A DNA stretch of 50,711 bases from an uncultured bacterium (GTDB lineage: Bacteria > Eisenbacteria > RBG-16-71-46): contig CAZUEM010000007.1 of assembly GCA_964619155.1 (NCBI GenBank), positions 1-50,711 of the forward strand, in the 5' to 3' direction. Position 1 is the first letter of the stretch. Every line of letters starts with the position of its first letter. Below the pieces are notes generated by a model. The model did no database searches. It worked only from the letters and a program-made list of their open reading frames with translations, and was not told the DNA's origin. Shown here piece after piece: positions 40,518 through 48,650 of this stretch. Position numbers and translations under genes: made by a program.

Positions 40518-41618
40518 CGGCGTCCGCGACGGCGGGCCCGTCCGGGCGGGAGGCGGGCGATTCCGGGCCCGGCTGCGGCGCAGCCCGCTGGCGCTGGGCG
40601 GGCTCGGCCTGCTCGCGCTCCTGTACGGCGCCGCGCTCGGGGCCCCGTTCCTCGCGCCGTACGGCGAGAACGACCTCGACCGGGGCCGGTTCTTCCACCC
40701 GCCGACGCCGGTGCGCTGGGTGGACGCCGGCGGCCGCTTCCACCCGGGCGGGTTCGTGTACGCGACCGAGCCGGACGCCGCGGCCCCCGCGGGCTTCCGC
40801 GAGGACCGTTCGCGCCCGCTGCCGCTGCGCTGGTTCGCGCGCGGCGGGCCCTACCGCTGGCTGGGCCTCGTGCCCGGGGACCGGCACCTCGTGGGCGTGG
40901 ACGCGCCGGGCCGGCTGTACCTGCTCGGCGCCGACCGCCAGGGCCGCGACATCCTCTCGCGCGCGCTCTACGGGGCGCAGGTCTCGCTGACGGTCGGGCT
41001 CGTCGGCATCCTGGTGTCGTTCGCGCTCGGCATGGTGCTCGGCGCCGTGTCCGGCTACTTCGGGGGCTGGGCGGACGAAACGCTCATGCGCGTCACCGAG
41101 CTGCTGCTCACGATCCCGGGCCTGTACCTGATCGTCGCGCTGCGCGCGGTCTTCCCGGCGCAGCTGCCGAGCCGGCAGACGTACCTCGCGATCGTCGTGG
41201 TCCTCGCGTTCCTCGGCTGGGCGGGGCTCGCGCGGGTCATCCGCGGGATGGTGCTGTCCATCCGCCGCGCCGAGTTCGTGCTCGCCGCGGAGGCGCTGGG
41301 CATGAGCCGGCTGCGCGTGATCGTGCGCCACATCCTGCCGAACACGGCGTCGTTCGTGATCGTCGCCGCCACCGTCGCGGTGCCGGGCTACATCCTGGGC
41401 GAGGTGTTCCTGTCGTTCCTCGGCATGGGCGTGCAGGAGCCCGCCGCCTCGTGGGGCAACATGCTCGCCGACGCCCGCTCGCTGAGCGTGTTGCGGAACC
41501 AGCCGTGGATGCTGTACACGCCCGCGGTGGCCATCTTCGTCACCGTGATGGCCTTCAACCTGTTCGGGGACGGCCTGCGGGACGCCCTCGATCCGCGCGG
41601 CACCACCGGGGGACGCCC

Positions 41619-41622
<4 letters not shown>
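40510..41622 (+). CDS. ABC transporter permease (OppC/DppC type)
   Basis: 370 aa. [22 protein letters not shown] and the EAA loop [23 protein letters not shown]. The periplasmic insertion is longer than usual. Confidence 0.85.
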
Positions 41623-42631
<1,009 letters not shown>

Positions 42632-42635
<4 letters not shown>

Positions 42636-43612
42636 GCGCGCCGCTGCTCGCGGTGAGCGGGCTCACCAAGCACTTCCCGATCCGGCGGGGGTTGTTCGGC
42701 CGCGTGACCGGCCAGGTGAGGGCGGTGGACGGCGTCAGCTTCGAGGTGCGCCGCGGCGAGACGCTGGGGCTCGTGGGCGAGAGCGGCTGCGGCAAGACCA
42801 CGACGGGGCGCGCCATCCTGCGGCTCGTGGAGCCGACCTCCGGCAGCGTGCGCTTCGACGGCGCGGAGGTGACGCGGCTGCGCCGCCCCGAGTTGCGCGC
42901 GCTGCGCCGGCGCATGCAGATCGTCTTCCAGGATCCGTATTCGAGCCTCAACCCGCGGCTCACGGTCGGGGCGATGATCGGCGAGGCGCTCTCCATTCAC
43001 CGTCTCGCCCGCGGCGCGGCGGCGCGCGAGCGGATCGCCGAACTGCTCTCGCTGGTGGGTCTGTCGCCGGACCACGCCCGGCGCTACCCGCACGAGTTCT
43101 CGGGCGGCCAGCGGCAGCGCATCGGCATCGCCCGGGCGCTGGCCGTGGGGCCGGAACTGCTCGTCCTCGACGAGCCCGTGTCGGCGCTCGACGTCTCGAT
43201 CCAGGCGCAGATCGTGAACCTGCTGCAGGACCTGCAGGAGCGGCTCGGCCTCACGTACGTGTTCGTGGCGCACGACCTGTCCGTGGTCGAGCACATCAGC
43301 ACGCGCGTCGCGGTCATGTACCTCGGCCGCATCGTGGAGATCGCCGGGCGCGACGAGCTGTACGCGAACCCGCGGCATCCGTACACGCAGTCGCTGCTCT
43401 CGGCGGTGCCGGTCCCGGACCCGGAGCGGCCGCGCTCGCGGATCGTGCTCGAGGGCGACGTGCCGAGCCCGGCGCGGCCGCCCTCGGGCTGCGCGTTCCA
43501 CCCGCGCTGCTTCCTCGCGGCGCGGACGCCCGGCCGGGAGCGCTGCGCCGCCGAGCGGCCGGAACTGCGCGAAGTCGCCCCGGGGCACTTCGTGGCCTGC
43601 CACTTCGCCTGA
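42632..43612 (+). CDS. ABC transporter ATP-binding protein (OppF/DppF type)
   Basis: GTG 42632. Walker [33 protein letters not shown] and a C-terminal GCAFHPRC motif. Confidence 0.9.
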
Positions 43613-44116
43613 CCGCCGGCGGGCGGCGCGCGGCCCCTGCGCGATCCGCCCCGGCCGCCGGGAGAAATCCCCCGAACGGCGCCGCCCCGCGGCGGGGCAG
43701 GACGCGACCGCGCAACGCGCCGGCGGGCGGCCTGCAACGCGGGGCCGCCGCCGGAGGCCCGGAATCGCGGGGTTTCGCGCAACGGCGCACCGAGTGACAC
43801 GCACATGCGCCGGGCCGGGGGGCCTCGCGGCGTCCGGCACCGCCCTTGCAGTGATCGTCCCGTGAAGGCTCGAGCGACGAACGCCGCAACGTCGAAAGAG
43901 CGGCGCGAGGCGCGAAGGGCCCACAACCGAACGGGAAGTGTTCCCTGGTCGACTCGTGATTGGCAGTTGGTGGGCTGATCCCCCTATCGCGAGCGAAGGA
44001 GTCTACCGGACCGCACACGGTCGTATCGGGGAACTTATTGACGGGCCCTGCTGCCTGCGGCGCCATTGGCCTCCGTGCTCGACTCACGCGACCGTGACGC
44101 AGGGCCCATGAAAGGC

Positions 44117-44146
44117 GAGCCGCGCCCACCCCGGTGGGCGCGGCTC
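44117..44146 (+). terminator. very strong hairpin inside the long gap upstream of the BMC locus
   Basis: AG-GCCGCGCCCAC / CCCG loop / GTGGGCGCGGC-CT, a perfect 13-bp stem (44117-29 with 44134-46). Followed by CGGCGTTTGCGG, a weak U-tract. No plus-strand CDS ends within 500 nt, so it may close a non-coding transcript. Confidence 0.35.
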
Positions 44147-44180
44147 CGGCGTTTGCGGTGCGCGGCCCGCGCCTCGGGCG

Positions 44181-44209
44181 TTGACCATTGCGCGGCCGGG
44201 GTTTAGCTT
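44181..44209 (+). promoter_or_regulatory. putative sigma70-type promoter of the BMC operon (TTGACC-N17-TAGCTT)
   Basis: TTGACC at 44181-86, a 17-nt spacer, and TAGCTT at 44204-09. It lies about 50 nt upstream of the first shell gene. Confidence 0.45.
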
Positions 44210-44216
44210 CCGGCCA

Positions 44217-44242
44217 CCCGCGACGGTTGCCGCCGTCGCGGG
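44217..44242 (+). promoter_or_regulatory. 5'-UTR stem-loop at predicted BMC transcript start
   Basis: CCCGCGACGG (44217-26) pairs with CCGTCGCGGG (44233-42) around the loop TTGCCG. It sits just before GGAGG (44253-57) and ATG 44260. Confidence 0.35.
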
Positions 44243-44259
44243 CACCGGTACGGAGGCGC

Positions 44260-44553
44260 ATGGAAAGTCCTCGAGCCCGCCGGGCCCTCGGCCTGGTGGA
44301 AACGCGCGGTTTCACGGCGGCGGTCGAAGCCGCCGACGCCATGGCGAAGGCGGCCCGCGTGGAGATCGTCCGCTACGAGGTGGTGCGGGCCGCGCTGGTG
44401 ACGGTGCTCGTCCGGGGACCGCTCGCCGAGGTCGAGGCCGCCGTCGCGGCGGGCTCGGCGCAGGCGGCGCGCGTCGGCGAGGTGTTCCGCGCCCACGTGA
44501 TCCCGGCCCCGGCGCCCGACATCGAGTTCATCCTGGAGCGGCGCCGCTCCTGA
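44260..44553 (+). CDS. BMC-H shell protein (Pfam00936 hexamer), divergent pore/edge
   Basis: ATG 44260 within ORF 44188..44553. [26 protein letters not shown]...LVTVLVRG...[11 protein letters not shown] is colinear with PduA/EutM. The pore loop reads YEVVRAA instead of YEKIGSG, and IPRPH is replaced by IPAPA. Confidence 0.85.
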   Translation: MESPRARRALGLVETRGFTAAVEAADAMAKAARVEIVRYEVVRAALVTVLVRGPLAEVEAAVAAGSAQAARVGEVFRAHVIPAPAPDIEFILERRRS

Positions 44554-44600
44554 AGGACCGCCGCGCCCGCCCGAGTCCGCAGCACCACACGGAGGTAGCG

Positions 44601-44900
44601 ATGCAGGAAGAGGCCCTGGGTCTGATCGAGACGCGCGGATTCGTCGCGATGGTCGAAGCGTCGGATGCGATGGTGAAGGCCGCGCGCGTGACGCTGGTCC
44701 ATTACGAGAAGATCGGCGGCGGCTACGTGACGACCGTCGTGCGCGGCGACGTCGCGGCGGTGCGCGCGGCGACCGAGGCCGGCGCGGCCGCGGCCGCGAA
44801 GGTGGGCGAGGTGGTCTCCGTGCACGTCATCCCGCGCCCGCACGGCCAGCTCGAGGACGCGCTGCCCATCCGGCAACCCGACGCTCCGGCCAAGAAGTAG
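44601..44900 (+). CDS. BMC-H shell protein (canonical hexamer)
   Basis: ATG 44601 (GGAGG upstream) within ORF 44181..44900. [50 protein letters not shown]...VHVIPRPH is a near-consensus PduA/CcmK-like sequence. Confidence 0.9.
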   Translation: MQEEALGLIETRGFVAMVEASDAMVKAARVTLVHYEKIGGGYVTTVVRGDVAAVRAATEAGAAAAAKVGEVVSVHVIPRPHGQLEDALPIRQPDAPAKK

Positions 44901-44902
44901 CG

Positions 44903-45208
44903 ATGATCCTCGCGCAGGTGCTCGGCACGGTCGTGTCGACGCGCAAGGACCCGGGGCTCTCGGGCCTCAAGCTCATGCTCGCCCGCGAGGTGGACGGCCA
45001 GTTCAAGCCGGCCGGGAACTTCGTGGTGGCCGTGGACGCGGTGGGCGCGGGGGCGGGCGAGCTGGTGCTGGTCGCCGCCGGGTCCTCGGCCCGCCTGACC
45101 GAGGTCACGAAGGACCGGCCGGTGGACCACGTCATCTGCGGCATCGTGGACGCGGTCGAATCGGGCGGCCGTGACGTCTACCTGAAGAGCGCCGGGCTCC
45201 CGGGCTGA
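44903..45208 (+). CDS. BMC-P vertex protein (EutN/CcmL family)
   Basis: 101 aa. MILAQVLGTVVSTRK...VAVDAVGAGAGELVLVAAGSSAR...VDHVICGIVD matches the EutN/PduN pattern. Confidence 0.85.
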   Translation: MILAQVLGTVVSTRKDPGLSGLKLMLAREVDGQFKPAGNFVVAVDAVGAGAGELVLVAAGSSARLTEVTKDRPVDHVICGIVDAVESGGRDVYLKSAGLPG

Positions 45209-45215
45209 CCCCGCC

Positions 45216-46628
45216 ATGTCGCTCGACCCCGCGCGCATCGAGTCCATCGTCTCCGAGGTGCTCGCGCGCCTCGACGCGCCCGGGGGCGCGGGGCCCGGCG
45301 GCACGCCGGGTCTGCACCGCACGCTCGACGAGGCGGTGGCCGGCGCGAGGCGCGCCTTCGCCGCGTTCCGCGAGGTGCCCGTCGAGGTGCGGGGCCGCAT
45401 CGTCGCGGCCGTCCGCCAGGCGATGCTCGCGAATCTCGATCTGCTCGCGAAGACGGCCGTGGACGAGACCGGGCTCGGGCGCGTCGCGGACAAGCTCCTC
45501 AAGAACCGCCTCGTGGCCGAGAAGACCCCCGGCGTCGAGGACCTCGAGCCGGGCGTTTGGACGGGCGACCACGGGCTGACGCTCTGGGAGCGCGCCCCGT
45601 ACGGACCCATCGCGGTGATCACGCCGGTCACGAACCCGAGCGAGACCATCATCTGCAACGGCATCGGCATGATCGCCGGCGGCAACACCGCGGTCTTCTG
45701 CCCGCACCCGGGCGCGCGCAAGGTCTCGACGCTCACGATCGACCTGTTCAACCGCGCGGCGCGCCGCGCCGGCGCCCCGGAGCCGCTGCTGCACACGGTC
45801 GAGGAGCCGACGATCGACGTGGCCAAGGCGCTGCTGCGCTACCCGGGCATCCGGCTCAACGTCGTCACGGGCGGCCCCGGGGTGGTGAAGGAAGCGATGG
45901 ACTCGGGCAAGAAGTCCATCTGCGCCGGGCCGGGCAACCCGCCGTCGGTGGTGGACGAGACCGCCGACCTCGACCAGGCCGCGCGCGACCTCGTCATGGG
46001 CGCCTCGCTCGACAACAACATCATCTGCACCGACGAGAAGGAGATCGTCTGCGTCTCGATCGTCGCCGACCGGCTCAAGGAGCGGATGGCGGCGGCGGGC
46101 GCCGTGGTGCTGGCGCCGCACCAGGTCGAGCAGGTGCGCAGGCTCGTGCTCGAGTACGAGAAGGGCCCGCGCCGCCACGCGGGCGTGAACAAGAAGTACG
46201 TCGGCCGCGACGTGGACGTGATCCTGCGCGACGCCGGCATCCCGTGCGACCCGGCGAAGCGCCTCGCGCTGTGCGAGGTGGACGGCGACCACCCGTTCCT
46301 GTGGACGGAGATGATGATGCCGGTGCTGCCGCTCGTGCGCGTGCGGAACGTGGACGAGGGGATCGACTTCGCTCTCGAGGTCGAGCACGGCTACCGCCAC
46401 ACCGCCTCGATGCACAGCCGCAACATCGACAAGCTCTCGAAGATGGCGCGCGCGTGCGACTGCTCCATCTTCGTGAAGAACGGCCCCAACGCCGCGGGAC
46501 TGGGCTGGAACGGGGAAGGCCCGACCAGCTTCACGATCGCGAGCCCCACCGGCGAGGGCATGACCACGGCGCGCAGCTTCACGCGGCTGCGCCGCTGCAC
46601 CCTCGTGGACCGGTTCCGGATCGTATGA
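45216..46628 (+). CDS. CoA-acylating aldehyde dehydrogenase (PduP/EutE-like) with N-terminal encapsulation peptide
   Basis: 470 aa. N-terminal amphipathic helix LDPARIESIVSEVLARL plus a Gly/Pro linker. The ALDH core has ITPVTNPSET, GPGNPP and the catalytic-Cys segment LDNNIICTDEKE, as in BMC-associated AldDH. Confidence 0.85.
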   Translation: MSLDPARIESIVSEVLARLDAPGGAGPGGTPGLHRTLDEAVAGARRAFAAFREVPVEVRGRIVAAVRQAMLANLDLLAKTAVDETGLGRVADKLLKNRLVAEKTPGVEDLEPGVWTGDHGLTLWERAPYGPIAVITPVTNPSETIICNGIGMIAGGNTAVFCPHPGARKVSTLTIDLFNRAARRAGAPEPLLHTVEEPTIDVAKALLRYPGIRLNVVTGGPGVVKEAMDSGKKSICAGPGNPPSVVDETADLDQAARDLVMGASLDNNIICTDEKEIVCVSIVADRLKERMAAAGAVVLAPHQVEQVRRLVLEYEKGPRRHAGVNKKYVGRDVDVILRDAGIPCDPAKRLALCEVDGDHPFLWTEMMMPVLPLVRVRNVDEGIDFALEVEHGYRHTASMHSRNIDKLSKMARACDCSIFVKNGPNAAGLGWNGEGPTSFTIASPTGEGMTTARSFTRLRRCTLVDRFRIV

Positions 46629-47176
46629 ACCCCGTCGCCATCGCCGCGGTCGAGACCTCGAGCATCGCCCAGGGCGTCGTCGCCGCCGACGCCATGCTCA
46701 AGACGGCCGACGTCGGGCTGCTGCAGGCGGCCACGCTCTCGCCCGGGCGCTACTGGGTGCTGATCGGCGGCGAGGTCGCGCCCGTGCGGGCCTCGCACCG
46801 GCGCGGGGTCGAGGTCGCGGCCGACGCGCTGCTCGACCAGCTCTTCATCCCGCAGCTGCACGAGGGCGTGCTGCCGGCGCTGCGCGGCGCCGTGCCGCTG
46901 GGGGCCGACGACGCGCTCGGCATCCTCGAGACCCTCACCGCCGCCTCGGCGATCGTCGCCGCGGACGCGGCGGTCAAGGCGGCGAACGTGACCGTGCGCG
47001 ACGTGCGGCTGGCGAACGGCATCGGGGGCAAGGGAGTCGTGTCGCTCTCCGGCCCGGTGAGCGCCGTGCAGGCCGCCGTGGAGGCGGGCCGCGCGGACGC
47101 GCTCCGGCGCGGGCTGCTCGCGCGCTCGGTGGTGATCCCGCGCCTCGACCCGCAGCTGCGCGCCCGGATGGGCTGA
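46625..47176 (+). CDS. BMC-T shell protein (tandem BMC domains, PduT-like)
   Basis: ATG 46625 overlaps the AldDH stop (ATGA). 183 aa with two BMC domains colinear with PduT (AIAAVETSSIAQGVVAADAMLK...; LGILETLTAASAIVAADAAVKAANV...GIGGKGV...VIPRL). Confidence 0.8.
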   Translation: MNPVAIAAVETSSIAQGVVAADAMLKTADVGLLQAATLSPGRYWVLIGGEVAPVRASHRRGVEVAADALLDQLFIPQLHEGVLPALRGAVPLGADDALGILETLTAASAIVAADAAVKAANVTVRDVRLANGIGGKGVVSLSGPVSAVQAAVEAGRADALRRGLLARSVVIPRLDPQLRARMG

Positions 47177-47460
47177 TGCACTTCGCGCGCGTCATCGGCA
47201 CGGTCGTCTGCACCGAGAAGGTGCGGCCCTGGCGCGGCGCCCGGCTGCTGCTGATCGAGCCCTGCGACTCGGCGGGCGCGGCGAGCGGGGCGCGGCCGCT
47301 CGCCGCCGTGGACCTCGTCTCGGCGGCGCCGGGCCAGCTGGTCTTCTACGTGCGCGGCCGCGAGGCCGCCGTGGCGCTGCGCGACCCCGAGAACCCGGCC
47401 GACGCGGCCATCGTCGGGATCGTGGACGCGGTCCGCGAGGCGCCCGGGGCGGTGCGCTGA
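47176..47460 (+). CDS. BMC-P vertex protein (EutN/CcmL family), second copy
   Basis: 94 aa. MHFARVIGTVVCTEK...AAVDLVSAAPGQLVFYVRG...AAIVGIVD. The start overlaps the upstream stop. Confidence 0.8.
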   Translation: MHFARVIGTVVCTEKVRPWRGARLLLIEPCDSAGAASGARPLAAVDLVSAAPGQLVFYVRGREAAVALRDPENPADAAIVGIVDAVREAPGAVR

Positions 47461-47732
47461 TGTTCCTCGCGCGGGTCGTGGGCGAGGTGGTCGCCACGAT
47501 CAAGCACCCGCACCTGCACGCGCAGCGGCTGCTGCTCGTGCAGCCCGAACCCACCCCGGGGCGCGCGCGGCCGCAGTCGGTGATCGCGGTGGACAGCGTG
47601 GACGCGGGGATCGGCGACCGGGTCCTGGTGGCCGACGAGGGCAACACCGCCGCCCAGGTCCTGCGCATGGCGCGCGGCCCGGTGCGCACCGTGATCGTCG
47701 GGGTCGTGGACGAAACGGACCTGCCGGTCTGA
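47460..47732 (+). CDS. BMC-P vertex protein (EutN/CcmL family), third copy
   Basis: 90 aa. MFLARVVGEVVATIKHP...IAVDSVDAGIGDRVLVADEGN...TVIVGVVD. The start overlaps the upstream stop. Confidence 0.8.
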   Translation: MFLARVVGEVVATIKHPHLHAQRLLLVQPEPTPGRARPQSVIAVDSVDAGIGDRVLVADEGNTAAQVLRMARGPVRTVIVGVVDETDLPV

Positions 47733-47751
47733 ACCCCGGCTCGATCCGGAC

Positions 47752-47780
47752 TTTACCGGGGGGCGCGCGGCGATTATTTT
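47752..47780 (+). promoter_or_regulatory. putative sigma70-type promoter (TTTACC-N17-TATTTT) upstream of FmdB-like gene
   Basis: TTTACC at 47752-57 and TATTTT at 47775-80, an unusually AT-rich hexamer for this genome. Confidence 0.4.
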
Positions 47781-47805
47781 CCCCGGGTCACGTGCGGGGG
47801 TGGGT

Positions 47806-48039
47806 GTGCCGCTCTACGACTACCGATGCACCGCGTGCCGACGTAACTTCGAGTCGTTGCTCGACCGCTGGGACTCCCCGGCGCCGCCCTGCCCGCACTG
47901 CGGGGCCGCGGCGGTCCAGCGGCAGTTGAGCGTCTTCGCCGTCGGGGCCGCTTCGGAGACCTGCGACTCGCCGCGCCGTGGCAGCGGCGCGGGGCCGTGC
48001 GGGTCCTCGGGCTGCGCCTGTCGTCCGTTACCGAACTGA
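47806..48039 (+). CDS. FmdB-family zinc-ribbon protein (CxxC...CxxC)
   Basis: GTG 47806 gives MPLYDYRCTACRRNFE...CPHCG, the canonical N-terminus of the FmdB/CxxC_CxxC_SSSS family. The tail is Cys/Gly-rich. Confidence 0.75.
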   Translation: MPLYDYRCTACRRNFESLLDRWDSPAPPCPHCGAAAVQRQLSVFAVGAASETCDSPRRGSGAGPCGSSGCACRPLPN

Positions 48040-48070
48040 TGTCGCCGAGGTTCTTCAGGGGGGAACCCAC

Positions 48071-48376
48071 ATGACGAAGGCCGACCTGGTCGACTCGATC
48101 GCGCAGGAGAGCGGGATCTCCCGCAACCATGCGGCGATCATCGTCGACGGACTGCTCGACGCGGTGTGCCGCGCGCTGAGCGAAGGCAAGCATCTCGAGA
48201 TCCGCGGATTCGGCACCTTCAAGGTCCGCGAGCGACGCGCCCGCCGTGCCCGCAACCCCCGGAGCGGCACGGAAGTGCTGGTGCCCGCGAAGCTCGTCCC
48301 CGTTTTCAAGCCCAGCCGGGAGCTCAAGGCTCTCGTGCTGGAGCGCGCCAACCAGGAACAGACGGTCGCCGGCTGA
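48071..48376 (+). CDS. HU/IHF-family DNA-binding protein
   Basis: ATG 48071 within ORF 47978..48376. MTKADLVDSIA...IRGFGTFKVRERRARRARNPRSGTEVLVPAKLVPVFKPS is the classic HU/IHF fold with its beta-arm. Confidence 0.9.
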   Translation: MTKADLVDSIAQESGISRNHAAIIVDGLLDAVCRALSEGKHLEIRGFGTFKVRERRARRARNPRSGTEVLVPAKLVPVFKPSRELKALVLERANQEQTVAG

Positions 48377-48400
48377 CGGCCGCGTCGAGAAGGAGCAGGA

Positions 48401-48496
48401 ATGGGTTCTGGAAAGAAGCGGAAGCGCAAGAAGATCGCCACCCACAAGCGTAAGAAGCGCCTCCGGAAGAACCGCCATAAGAAGCGCATCCGCTGA
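48401..48496 (+). CDS. 31-aa highly basic peptide, bS22-like (AURKAIP1/COX24-type small ribosomal protein)
   Basis: Not in the ORF track because it is too short. AAGGAGCAGGA RBS, then ATG 48401: MGSGKKRKRKKIATHKRKKRLRKNRHKKRIR, ending TGA 48494-96. Resembles mycobacterial/Bacteroidetes bS22 ([21 protein letters not shown]...) from memory. Confidence 0.6.
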   Translation: MGSGKKRKRKKIATHKRKKRLRKNRHKKRIR

Positions 48497-48650
48497 CCGG
48501 CCCCTTCGGGACGCCGAACCGGCCCGCCGCATCCTCGGCCGCGCGCACTTCGCGCGCGGCCGTTGGACTTTCGACCTCTCGCGGCGCTGGCCGGGCGGCG
48601 TCCGCGAACTGACCTGGAAGGGCGCCCACGCCCCGGAGGACGGCGACTAC

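Noticed and set aside
43613-44259. Known RNA classes in the long gap: cobalamin riboswitch (B12 box), tRNA, tmRNA, RNase P RNA, SRP RNA and 6S RNA.
   Set aside because: None of the signature sequences I know are present. I looked for the GCCACTG B12 box, the GGTTCGAATCC T-loop, a CCA-ended acceptor with tag ORF, GAGGAAAGTCC, and the SRP GGAA tetraloop helix. The region is kept only as an unclassified structured-RNA candidate.
43314-44342. A 342-aa minus-strand ORF, together with neighbouring ORFs 43084..43926 (-) and 42508..43797 (+), spans the long gap upstream of the BMC locus. These might have been the missing regulator or signature enzyme.
   Set aside because: The sequence is an Arg/Pro/Ala repeat-like string with no domain signature. 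The ORFs overlap oppF at one end and the first BMC-H gene at the other, and no RBS or start context is evident. I treat them as GC artefacts.
48246-48650. GTG 48246 as the RNase R start, as in the ORF track.
   Set aside because: It would overlap 131 nt of the HU/IHF gene and the entire RBS-preceded bS22-like ORF. The encoded segment (MPATPGAARKCWCPRSSSPFSS...) is low-complexity Ser/Arg/Pro with no RNase R similarity.
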